Position numbers and translations under genes: made by a program
Part shown: in pieces, positions 50,701 through 62,657 of the stretch
Numbering within the stretch: position 1 is the stretch's first letter
Layout: the number at the start of each line of letters is the position of its first letter
Notes under the pieces: model-generated
The model's database searches: none
Told to the model about the DNA's origin: nothing
The model's input: only the letters and a program-made list of their open reading frames with translations
NCBI RefSeq assembly: GCF_016432865.1
Contig: NC_067401.1
Location: 57,412,001-57,476,000 of the forward strand
Source of the DNA: Antechinus flavipes
Taxonomy: Eukaryota
DNA: 64,000 bases
Direction of reading: 5' to 3'

Positions 50701-52023
50701 AAGTAGGAGGGGGTAGGGGGAGAAAGCTAGGTTGCTTGCTAATGTTCATTCCAAGAAGTTGATGAGGATGGCTTGAGGTTTTATTTATGAGCCTGAATTT
50801 AATTAGATGGTGATGGGGGAAGGGAAGGTTGTGGAATCACATTGAATGCACTGAGAGGAGTTTCAATGACATGCCAATATATGAAGTACTAGATTAATTA
50901 GTCACCCGCAGAGGAAAACCACTAAAAAGGCAACGGGGAAAAAAATAATACTTTTTCCCCCTTCCGCTCCCCCCCCCAAATCTCCGCCTATACTTGATGC
51001 AATGACAGGAGAGCCAACTCTAGCTCTTGCGAACAAAAGGTCCTTTAGAATAGCAGCAAGTCATCCCCAGTGCAAGGACAAGGTACTCTTAAGTGGATCC
51101 TGAAAAATTGGTCCCCGGTTGTGGTACCAAAAGAAACAGCAGAGGGCGCAGTTTCTTTTTGTATCCAACTTTTCCCTGTATGAATCACTTAATTGGTTAT
51201 TTTGAGCCCAATAATATTCGGTATTATTTGTATTATATATAGATATCCACAGATCCATACAGGGGAGAATAGCATTGTGAGCAATTCAATTTCCCCAGCT
51301 GAATCCATCGACTGATTCATTTAATGGTAGTAAATAATCTGAGAAAATATTTCAGCCTGCATTCCGAAGTCTATTCCTCTTTCAATCCTTCTTTCTCTCC
51401 CAGCTGCAGGGCATGGGATAGTAATGCTTTAATCTTGCACCAATAAAAGGGATTAAAAGAAAGAGACTTCAAAAGCCTCTCAGCTTAGTCAACGCCACCC
51501 GGGATACAAAAGAACTAAACAAACAAAAAAAAAAATGGGGGGGGAGAGATTTTTAAGTCTCCCCCCACCCAAGGCAAAGCTAATTATCAAAATAAACCTG
51601 ACAGATACTCCGGTGTGTGGTCAGGTATTTTCCTGAGTGACACATTAATGTCGATCCAGCTCGTTAGGTAGAGGGCACAGACCCTGATCCAGAGGTGGGT
51701 GAGACCAGTACTTTTATGTTACCTGATGGGCGCACCTTGACACATGCACATACGTGGTGTGTGCGTGTGTGTTGGTGCACACATGCATATCACACAGGCT
51801 GTCTTCCAAAGGTGCACTACAAAGTTCCTCTCCCATTCCCCGGAGCCAGCCCTCCTGCCTGTGGATTGCATTACAGATTCTTTTGGTTGGGGGGGGCCAT
51901 AGGTTGTGGAGAGCGGGGATAAGGGAGGGTTAAAAAAGAAGAAGAAAAAGAAGAAGAAGAAAAAGAAGAAAACGGGCGGGTCGCTAAAGAAGGGAGGGAG
52001 GGAGCGAGGGAGGCTGCACTTAC

Positions 52024-52200
52024 CGTGTGGACCATTTGCCCTTGTTACAGTAGGCGGGAGGCGAGCAGACGGCTCCTTGCCGCGGACCTTCCCAGCCTCG
52101 TCCGCGTCCAGTGGCGGCAGCGGCAGCATCGGAGCCCGCGGCTGCCGGGTGGAGGCTGCTTTCCCCAGCCGTGCCTCCTCGGGCGAGCGCGGGGACCCGG
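52024..52200 (-). other. NTNG1: Non-coding first exon 1a of NTNG1 (3' end exact, 5' end/TSS approximate)
   Basis: Consensus donor ACG|GTAAGT (52023-52018) at the edge of the CpG island, 7291 nt upstream of the exon 2 acceptor. GC-rich exon body, with a GC box GGGGCGG at 52205-52211 just upstream. Confidence 0.75.
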
Positions 52201-52395
52201 CACAGGGGCGGAAAGATTAGGAGGGGTTCAGGGAGTCCAGTAGGAGCCGTCGAGCTCGCCCCCACCACCGCAGAGTTGCTCCACTTGCCTCCAGAAGTCC
52301 AGAGGAGAGGGCGTGGGACTAGGGGCTGGGGGCTGGGAAGGGGTGGTGGAAAGAGAGCCCTCACAACAGCAATCTACGCCCCGTTGCTTAATTAC

Positions 52396-52554
52396 CTTCG
52401 CCCGGTGCCGAGGGAAAAGATCTGGCTCCCGGGAGGAGTTGGCCCTTTCAAAGCTGAGACCCCAGAGAGGGAATTCCTCCTTGGTATCCTCCTCTTCCGA
52501 AATGCAAAAAGATCAGTGACTTTGACAGGTAGATAGGGGGAGTGGAAAGGGGGG
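52396..52554 (-). other. NTNG1: Possible alternative non-coding first exon 1b
   Basis: Donor AAG|GTAATT (52395-52390) inside the CpG island. The 5' end is uncertain and may lie in the gap at 52555-52686. No transcript evidence is available here. Confidence 0.45.
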
Positions 52555-55500
52555 NNNNNNNNNNNNNNNNNNNNNNNNNNNNNNNNNNNNNNNNNNNNNN
52601 NNNNNNNNNNNNNNNNNNNNNNNNNNNNNNNNNNNNNNNNNNNNNNNNNNNNNNNNNNNNNNNNNNNNNNNNNNNNNNNNNNNNNNAAAAAAAAAAAAAA
52701 TGTAATGATAATAAGAATAAAATTGCAGGCAACCTCAGTCTCCCCAGTTGCTCACTCTTCTTCTGCGACTCCCCGCGCCACCTCTCCCACTTTTCGCCTT
52801 AAACTTTTACTGAAGCTTTCCCGGTGGCTGTTGTGTTTTCTTTATTTTCACCCCCTCCTTTTTTCTTTCTTTCCTTTTTTTGTGTTTGCTCGTTTGTTTG
52901 GTGTGCGGAGCTGCAGGACGCCTGGATGCCCGGACTCCCCGTGATCAGATGCAGCACTCGGGCGGCTCTGCCCCGCTTAGTACCGCTCTCATTTTATCTC
53001 CGATGAAGACGTTGAGCGCACTCAGAAGGGACATAAATCAGGACAATTAGCACTGGCGCCAAGGAGATCCTCTCGTACCAATTTCGCCAGGGCTCCCTTC
53101 ACGCATTCCTCTACTCAAGTCAGAAATGTCACCGCACATAGCGTTGATGGCTGGCAGACGAGACACTTGGAAAGTCCATTTGATGAAATATACATGGCCC
53201 GAGATCCTTCTGGATTGCAATTCCCCCAGCTCAGCCTCCCCCGCCCCCGGCGCCGTGCCCGGACGGACCCTGCCTCAGTGTGGCCAGCGAGCTCTCTCAC
53301 AAACTTAGGGGCGCACACAAATTAAAGGGAGAGTGAGACAGGAAGACGGGAGAAGGGAAGGAGGTGGAGGAAAGAGGGAGGGAGGGGGGAAAGCAAGCTC
53401 AGAGAAGCAGCAGCCCACGGATGGGTGGCATGTACGTTTCACTTAAAAGCGAAATCTTCTGCAACTGGCAGTAAGTAGAAGGATTGCAAACCTTATACTA
53501 CCTCGAGACCTGGACGCTCCGAGCGGTCCTAACTCCGTCGGGCTCTCTGTTGCTGTTGCTGCGCCCCCACCACTGTGTTTGGAGTGGTTCCTGGACCCCC
53601 TTTTCTTCTGGTTCCACGCGAGCAGGCTCTCTCCTCTAGTAAGCAGCCCTAGTAACCTCCCACTAAAACCCACGCCTAGTGTCCACCCCACCCTCCCTCC
53701 CTTCACTGTCCCCAATCACGCCCTTTGGCTTGACCAGAAGTAGTCTTTCGGATCCTGGCTTTCGACTACAGTTCCAGTTACAGATTTCACCACTTGGCAC
53801 TTTAGCGCCGGTATCTGTGTCTTCCTCATTCAGAAACGGAGCCTAATAGGGCACGGTAGAGTGCGAAAGTGGGGCGTGCTTTGCAGGAGCCTTCCCGGTT
53901 CCCACCATAGAGATAAAGTCCCCTGTCTTTGGAAACCCCGTATCATCACATCTCAAGGGGTCTTTGGATTCCCTCCCCCTCTGAATACTGGCAGGCAGGG
54001 CACACAGAGAGAGGGATATACATTACATCACCCACTCTGAAAGTAAAGGACTACCACTTAGTAGTTGGAAGGACTAGGCATGGGGATGGCGGGAAGCGAA
54101 GAATAGATCTTGAAGCCGTGACCCTTCCAAGAGAGTGAATCCCCACCTTGTGACCGGGTGTGATAGTCCATTCTCCTTTCTTCTTTTCTCCCTCACCTTT
54201 GAGACTGCCACCCAAATAACTGTGCCAGGGGCTTCCCTCCCATGCATCTTTTTCTTAAATACAGTGTACCAGGGAAATGATTTATTTCTCTACTCTCCAC
54301 TATGTCTCCCCTCCCTCATCACTAGTTGGCAGCTTGGATAAGATAGAGAAGATATAGNNNNNNNNNNNNNNNNNNNNNNNNNNNNNNNNNNNNNNNNNNN
54401 NNNNNNNNNNNNNNNNNNNNNNNNNNNNNNNNNNNNNNNNNNNNNNNNNNNNNNNNNNNNNNNNNNNNNNNNNNNNNNNNNNNNNNNNNNNCTTCCTTCC
54501 CACCTATCCCCACCCATTTCATCATATGACTTTTACATGGAATTCACAGGGAGGTACTTTTTTTTGATTTAGCAACTCCTCAATCTTCTTCCTTTTTATT
54601 AATGGTTATAGAAGGAAAGGAAAAATGATAAATGAATTGTTGATCTTGAAAATAATAATAGTAATAATAATAATAACTTCTCAAATCTTGACATCGCTAT
54701 TTACAGTCAATAAGACCAGAGCAAATCATTTAACCTTTATAAACCTTAATTCTCTGATCCATAAAATGAGGGATTTGAACTAAGTGACCTCTAACTTCCC
54801 TTCCCACTCTAAATTTATTATCCTGACTTTCATGAGACAATTCCCTAAAACTTATCTACGAAATTATAGAGAGAGTTGGTTTGCAGTGATGGAGGAAACT
54901 TCCACTTTGAGAAAAATCACCTATTGTTACAGTATCCCTTATAAAATGGATAACTTGTGTTTCTAAACTTTTAACTTCCATTTTCTTTTCTCCCTTCCCT
55001 CTTTTTTCTCTTCTTTCTTGCCCTCTTCTTCTTCTCTTTCCTCTTCTTTCTCCCCCTTTCTCTTCTCCTCCTCTTTCTGGCTGCCCCAGAGCTCAGTCTT
55101 TTCTGGCTTGTTCCCTTAAAGAACAATCTGAAAAGTAAATATCCACTACTTTATAGTGATTTAGCTTTAAATGTTTGAGCAAAAAGTCACCCTCTCAACT
55201 CCAGACTTATCAAGAACTCCTTGACAGTTAATTTTTTTCCCCCTTGTCTCTTCCTTCTAATCATTTGAGGTTGCAAAGAAAGAGATTAGGAGATTCTAGT
55301 GTTTTGCAAATTATTTCAGTTTTTTAAAACCATTTTGAATTATAAGATACCCCAAAAAATAATAATAAAACATCCTTCAAAATTACTGTACCAGCAGCCC
55401 CCTTTACGTTGTCCCACTGCCAAATTTAATTTGATACTATTGAGGAAGTGGAATCTTCTCTGGCTATCTCAGAGGAGTCATGAGTTCACAAATTTGGAGC

Positions 55501-56236
55501 TGAATGTGAATCTAGAGGTCATTTAGCAAAACTGACTAATTTCATAGCTGAGTAACTGAGTCCAGATAGGTAAATAACCCAGCTCCAAATGGAAATTGCC
55601 GAAGTGTAATTCAAATGGCACATCCTTGGATTACAAATCGAACATTCTGAAAGTTAAATTAATGTGTCGGGTAATCAATTTTCTATTAATCTTTACACAA
55701 GTTCAGTCACACCAACCAACATCAACAAACTAGATTTCCTGATTCCTGATTACGTACTGATAGAATGTTTCGGTTTGAAAGGATCTCAGATTATATCTGA
55801 ATTAGATTCTAATCCAATCCATACCTAAAGACTCCTTCCTTCTATGATATCACCAACAAGTAGTCGTCTAGCCCTGTATGAAGACTGCTATTCATCTATA
55901 TAGTAAATTTATCCAATGTTTGACTCCATGACTTACACATAGCAAATATTTCATAAATAATGAATTTCACTGTCATTGTTCTTCATCTTGATATTGAATT
56001 TTGACTACTCATTTAGTGACAGAGTTACTGTAAATTTTCTACTCTACCCTGTAACTGTCTTGTTTTTTTCTTTTCTCTTTTACAATGTTACATTGCTCTC
56101 AGAATCATTGAGATAGAAGAGATCTCAGGAGTTCTCTGCTATTCCTTTTTAAGATGTGTGGAAGTATGTGGCATCCCAATGTGAGAAACTCCCTCATACA
56201 TTTAGAAATGTAAAGACAATTACAGATTGTTTAGTG

Positions 56237-56350
56237 CAGGGATTCTTAACCTTTTTCATGTCATAGTCTCCGTTGACAGGCTGGTAAATTTCATGGATTC
56301 CTTCACATAAATACATATGCTTTAAAATACATAAAATAAAATGCATATAG
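56237..56350 (+). mobile_element. hAT-Charlie-type MITE 5' fragment
   Basis: cagggattcttaacctttttcatgtcat...ctggtaaa...atggattccttc...cataaaataaaatgcata. Confidence 0.6.
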
Positions 56351-56934
56351 TGAATCCATCTAAATTGTGGACTTGAAATCTGTAAAAGAATTCTTTGAGA
56401 TTCTGTGGATCTCCCTTATCTAATCCAACACCTGATTTTATAGATGAGGAGTTAAGCCTTAGGGTTGTTAATAATAATTACTGATATTTATACAGTACTT
56501 AAGATTTTTAAAGAACTTTGTAAAAGCTGACTCTTTTGATCCTTACAGCAATCCCATGAGATAAATCTTGAAAGTTTATTATATCCATTTTACCAATGAG
56601 GTGACTGAGTCTCAAAGTGATTAAATTATTTGCCCACTAGCAAAATTGGTAGGAAATAGGAAAGTCAAATTCAGGACCCTGGCTCTATGACTTCAAAGCT
56701 AGGATTTCTTCCCCTGAGTTATATACTCCCTCCAGGAATGTAGAATCCAATCTAAAGACTTGGTAAATAACTCATCGCTTTCCCTGAGGTACAGAGAAAG
56801 TAAATGATTTACAAGTAGTAAAGTGTTGGAGTGGTGATTTGAAACCAGAACTTTCTGATTTAAGGTTCATGAACTTTATCAACTAAACAAAAATCCATTC
56901 TTGGCTACTACTTTCCTATATGTGATGTCTTACT

Positions 56935-57165
56935 CCCTAGTATGTGCTAAGTACTTTACAATTACTATCTCGTTTGATCCTCACAACAACACTGGGAGAC
57001 AGTTGCTGTTATTATCCCTATTTTACACTTGAGAAAACTGAGGCAAAAAGAAGTTAAATGAATTTTCTAGGGTCACACAGCTGTGTGTAAGTATCTGGGG
57101 CTGGATTATAAACAGATATTCCTGACTCCAGGTCTAGTGTTCTATCTGTGCCACCTAGCTGCTTC
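56935..57165 (-). mobile_element. MIR/Ther-1 SINE
   Basis: gtgctaagtactttacaa...tttgatcctcacaacaac...gagaaaactgaggc...cctgactccagg...gccacctagctgc. Confidence 0.85.
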
Positions 57166-58654
57166 TAAGAAATAAAATCTCAGCCCTTCAAATCTAAGCT
57201 TCTCTGGAAATAAGAAGCAGTCTTATTTCTGTATTTATATCCCTAGTTTTTAATAGAGTTTTTGGCATACTGTAGATGTCTAATAAAAGCTTTTCACCCA
57301 TCCAATCACTTTTTTCATTCATAAATTTTTACTATCTACATTTCTTTAGAGTATTTCATATCATTTTGCTTACTTCCTCCCCATCCCCCCCCCCCCTTGC
57401 CCCAGCTTCATCTCAAGTGCCTATGGGTTAGTGAGGGAAGTGCTTTGAAAACTTTGAAGTGCTATATAAATGTGGTTTCTCCTACAAGTGACAAATTCCT
57501 GACTCCAGCTGCCCTACTTACCCCTCTCTCTAAAACTCAGTTTCTTTATTCACTTATAAGCTACTTATGTTGGTGTTGGAAGAGTGGGAGAGGCAAGGGT
57601 CAGTGAACCTTTTCTAAATTACTGCTTTTAAGGCCATAGTTTTAATGAATTGATTTCTCATTAATGATTTCAACCACATCTTATAGTGTAATGGGGTGAG
57701 TGTGTAGGTCCATAATTACTGTTGTGTTTTATAACTTGTTAAGAAAGGTGACCACTAGGTAATACCCTTGTTCCTATTTTGGCTAGTTACTGACTGATGC
57801 AGAGTGTGTGACCTCTCACACAGCAATGCTTTCTAATAAACTACTCTGCAAATGGTAATTTGGAAATAAATAAAATTAACAGCTCAGTTAAAGCAATGGG
57901 GGGAAAGAAAGTTATTACAAAATATGGACTTTGATTTTCTTTTTTGAAGGGAAAATAAATATTGAAGTTTTAAGGATTAGCTATTTTTTATTCATTTTTA
58001 TGTGCCTTCTCTTTTACTATATTGCAACTTAAAAATACTAGACTCAATTAGGGGTGATGATTTTCATGTGTGGGGCCAAATGATTTAGACTAGCACTTAT
58101 AGTCCTGATTACTTCTGTTAATTTTTTTGGTTCACCTCAGGACTTTCTGCCTCTTTTATGCTGTGATGAGTGATTGCTACCTTGAAGTGCCCCCTAGCTC
58201 CCACCCTTCTGATCTTTGCTGAATGGAAACAGGAATTACAAGCTAGGGGCTAGCTAGTGTGGGAGATGGAATCATGCCAACTGGCCTTTACTTCCTAGTA
58301 GGATGTCACCTCCTCTGGCAAGAAGACACTCTCTCCTACAGAGGATGACTAATTCACTTAAATTCATCCTTAGAGCATGTAATGGAAGGGAGGGGGAAGC
58401 AAGAGGCAGCATCACTATGAAGCTTAAAGCAAGTAAGGGGGAATATAAATAAGGTAGGAACAAGGGCTGTGTCAATGATTCTGCTACTCTTATCTATTGA
58501 ACTTGAAGAGTTCAGGGGGAAAGTTTTAGTTATAAAAGCTCTGTGATGTCATTAAATTGTGCTTATAATATGCTCTTTCCCAAGAACTCAAATAATTTGA
58601 CAAATAATTATTGTAATGAAAATTTATAAACAGCATAGTGGTAGAAATTACTTT

Positions 58655-58856
58655 TTTAATTTAAATTTTATTTTTATTTTCAGCTCTCTCCCTTACTCTG
58701 TTCCCTCCCCTACCATGAAAACAAGAAATATACATATATATACACACACACAATAAGGCAAGCATGTGTCCACATTGACAAAAAAAGCAAGAAAAATAAA
58801 GGGGAAAATACATGTTCAATATGTGTTTGGATTTCATTAGTTTTCTAAGTGATGGA
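58655..58856 (-). mobile_element. Decayed L1 3' end
   Basis: T-rich tail followed by ctctcccttactctgttccctcccc and a marsupial L1 3'UTR-like sequence. Confidence 0.55.
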
Positions 58857-59919
58857 AAATATTAAACAGAATGAGAACAAGATATGGAAAGTTGATAGAA
58901 AAGGAGGGCTGCAAAATGAGGGGACTGGTACAGGATTCTTTGCAGCTATACAATTACCTGTTCTATAAGAATAAAGTTGTATTCAAATACAGCTCAATCA
59001 AATCTCAGGTATCTAGACGAGTAGTGGGGATCATTAGATGGATCCTCTAAAAGAGTGGAACATATTAGCTAGCTAGCATTTTTATGGCACCTTAAGGATT
59101 GTGAAATACTCTATAAATATTATTTTATCTCACAATGTTAGAAGTTGAATGTTATTATTATTATTCCCAATTTTATAAGTGAGAAAATTGAAATAAAGGA
59201 AAAGTGATTTGATTCAAAATGATATAGTTGATAATAAGACCAGATTTGAATTTAGATTTCCCTCACTCCAGGTCAGATGATCTATATATTATTCCATCTA
59301 TGAATCAGAATAGAGGTTTGACATATGACAGATCTTGACTCTAAACTCTAATATGTTGGATTATGTTGGAATATGTTGGATTTTGTGATAGGGATAGGGG
59401 AATGTGTAGGTGGGAGGAAGTAGAGGATAACTACTCAAATTTACTAACCAGATAAAAAGTCTTCACTAACTTACCCTATGGGGAGACTTGTCTATTGCCA
59501 AGGATGGTTATAGATCAGGTTATATAGATAGAGGAGCTCTCCAGTGCTGAAGGACTTTCAGTACAAAATAAAGGGTCCAGGTGGCTATACCAGGAGGGAC
59601 CTAAAAACAAATTTGTTGTTGTAGAATAATTTATAGGGAAGTAAATTGAGATAACTGTCTAACTCAAGGGTTAGAAAACCACAGCTTAAAGGCTAATCCA
59701 GTGATAAAAAATAAATTTGATAAAAACAAAATTAGACTGAGTTCCAGATTGGACCCTTAGGTGTTAGTTTGTGTCCTCTGATCTAACCCATGAGACTGCT
59801 ATTGCAGTCTTAATATTGGGCCTTTTTTCGCAACATTGGCCTTTTAAAACAAATTAGTCTTACCTCTATTCCTCATACATGATGACTGAGATGGCACCAG
59901 TTATCTTAAATGTTTGGCA

Positions 59920-60195
59920 TGTACTACTTCCTCCCCTTACCTCTCTTCAAGACACAATTCCTGCATCATCTTTTGCAGAAAGTCTTTATTGAAACTTCCA
60001 AAATGCTTATTCCCTGTTTCTTAAACTATCTGACATTTAGTTGCTTTGTATGTATTTGTTTATTCACTTTAAATTTATATAACAAAACTTTTTATATCTA
60101 CTTTTTCCTGTTCTACTGAAATGAAAACTCTTTGTAAGTAGGAATTGCTTCCCTCTTTGCGCTTATATCTATAACCAATGCTTGACAGGGAGTAG
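59920..60195 (+). mobile_element. L2 3' end
   Basis: cttcaagacacaattcctgcatcatcttttgcagaaagtcttt, followed by a decayed L2 tail. Confidence 0.6.
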
Positions 60196-60214
60196 ATGGA
60201 GGGAAAGGAACAAG

Positions 60215-60445
60215 CACATTTTAAGTGCTTACATGCCAGGCAAAATGCTTTACAAATATTATCTCATTTGGCCATTATATGAACCCTGGAAGCTAGGTGT
60301 TATTATTACATCCATTTATCGTTGAGAAAACTGAGGCAGATGGAGCTTAAGTGGCTTACTCAGGGTTACTCAGCTACTAAGTTTCTGAGTTTAGATTTTA
60401 ACTCAAATCTAGTGTTCTATCTACTTTGCCACCTAACTACCTTAC
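60215..60445 (-). mobile_element. MIR SINE
   Basis: ttaagtgcttac-atgccaggc...gagaaaactgaggcaga...ttaagtggcttactcaggg. Confidence 0.75.
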
Positions 60446-61269
60446 TAAATACTTATATCTTGAGTAATTACTATGATTACAAGATTTGCCCTAGTTTTCC
60501 TTTTTAGGTATTCCCATCTTTATCTGGACCTTTTAGACACCAAATTTTCCCGACTTAAAAAAAATGTTCCTTTACTTTCAACTTTAATAAAGCCTTTAAC
60601 CCCATTGTAACTTTTCAGGTGGTGATTTTGAATGTTATCCTTCCCTAATGGAAATCATGGCCTTTGAAACCCTGAAAGAATTATTTTACAGGCTTTCAAA
60701 ATAGAATGGTGTATAAGAATAGAATTTATATATCTTTGATCCAATTTTATTTTATTTTATTGATGAGGGATCTTTGACCAGAGGGATTATTATTTGCCCA
60801 AGGTCACATAAGTAGTATATAACAATGTTTACATTAGAACCCAAGTCTTGTCATTTCATATCCACTGCTTTTTTATTACCCCATGCTGCCCTCTCATTTG
60901 CTTAGATTCATTAATTCTAGAATGATTTCTCTGAACAAATATTGACAAGAGGAAGATAGGATAGAGGATTATGCTATGAGAGTAAAGAGAACAATTCAGG
61001 CTGAAGCACTGACCAACTATTTTACAGTCACTTCTGTAAAGTAGATAAAGCCAGAAGATCTCATTATCTAGTTAGAAATCCAGTATCTTCTCATGATGAT
61101 TGTTCTCAAATGTTCCCCACTTCATTTCCAGGTCATATATTTTAGCCCCATAGGGCAATGATATAGAAGTTAGGGATATGGCTGGCTATCATAGCAAGGT
61201 AGAGCTACTGCTGGTAAGTAACTGGAGTCATAAGTGCATGGCTCAGGAGATTTGACCTAATGACACAAA

Positions 61270-61752
61270 TGAACTCATTATATTTCCCCAGAAAATTCTC
61301 CCCTCTTTCCAACTTCCCTATTGTTGCAGACATCACTTTCCCAGCCAGTTACCTAAGCTCTCCACCTAGGTGTGATCCTCAACTTCTCGGTCTCTCTTAT
61401 CCCTTAAGTCCAATCAGTTGATATGTCCTCCCAGTTCTGCCTTAGTAATATGCCTCATATATGTCCCTTTCTATTCTCTAAAACTTCCAATACACTAACA
61501 CAGACCCTTTTAACCTAATGGCTGAACTATTGCAATAGTCTGCTGATTAGTCTCCTCCCTTCAATTTTTTCCCTATTCTTATCCATCATTCACTCAGGTG
61601 GAGCTCTACAACTCTGATTATATTACCACCCAACATGCCAAATTCAACAAATTTCAATGACTGTCTATTATATCTTTACCAATTATAAAATCCTCTGCTT
61701 GGCTTTTAAAGCTGTTCATAACCTGACTCTTTTCTTTCTAGTCTTGTTACTA
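61270..61752 (+). mobile_element. L2 fragment
   Basis: acctaggtgtgatcctcaac...ctattgcaatagtctgctgattagtctcc...ctgcttggcttttaaagc. Confidence 0.8.
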
Positions 61753-61959
61753 GATATTGGATGTATAATTTTCTTTTCTGACTTTTATCAAGCCACCTTA
61801 GTTTCCCAACTTTGGTCATCACTATTGATATCAAATATAAGGCAAGGGTTGACAATCACTAATTTCTGTATATAATAATAGGAGTAAATAGTAGTGAGAG
61901 AGAGGTCAAAGATCACAGGAGAAATGGTGTGTAGGGGGTAGAGATTTAATATATGTTGG

Positions 61960-62610
61960 TCTGTTTCATTCTTAGATGATGCATGTAACTCATAAAAACT
62001 TTCTCATTATTAGGGCAGTTAGAAGAGGTATATATAGACAGAGGGCACAGATATGAATTGAATATAAAGGGATAATATTTTTTAAAATAAAATTAAGGAG
62101 TGAGGGAGGAATGTGCTGGGAGAAAGGGAAAATAAAAGATTGAATGACATAAATTATCTGCTATAAAAAATTTAAAAAACACCTTTTACAATGGAGGGAA
62201 GACAGATACAAGATGGAAATGAATAAACCTTATTCTCATCAAAATTTGTTCAAAAAGGAAATACCATACATACTCAATATAGTTATAGAAATCTATCTTA
62301 CCCTGCAGGAAAGTAGGAGGGGAAGGGGATATATAAGAAGAGGTAAGGTGATAGAAGAGAGGGCATATTAGTGGAGGGGGTGAGTAGTCACAAGCAAAAC
62401 ACTTTTAAGAAGGAACAAGATGAAAGGAGAAAGAGGATAGAATAAACAGGAAGAAATACAGTTAGCAGTAGTAATCACCAAAAGAATTTTGAAGCAAGTT
62501 TCTCTAATGAAGGCCTCATTTCTCAAACATATAGGAAACTGAGTCAAATTTGTTACAAAAAAGAGAAATTCCCTAATTGATAAATGATCAAAAGAAGTGA
62601 ACTAATCAAG

Positions 62611-62657
<47 letters not shown>

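Larger units (their letters stand above)
51700..53900. promoter_or_regulatory. CpG island / TATA-less promoter of NTNG1
   Basis: Sharp rise in GC and CpG density against a CpG-poor background. GC boxes at 51974-51980, 52205-52211 and 53239-53248, purine tracts, and the first-exon donors. Confidence 0.9.

Noticed and set aside
51695-52536. Several 70-140 aa ORFs in the CpG island, including a poly-Lys ORF at 51906-52220
   Set aside because: Stop codons are rare in GC-rich or purine-tract DNA and there is no recognisable homology. Only the spliced use of ATG 52129 is kept as a finding.
52760-53580. CTCF-like motifs (reverse complement of gcgccacctctc and gcgcccccacca)
   Set aside because: They match only the GGCGC half of the core and lack the CCAS-YAG part.
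59351-59380. Three copies of a 10-bp unit (a/t)tatgttgga
   Set aside because: Ordinary short tandem duplication with no spacers, so not CRISPR-like.
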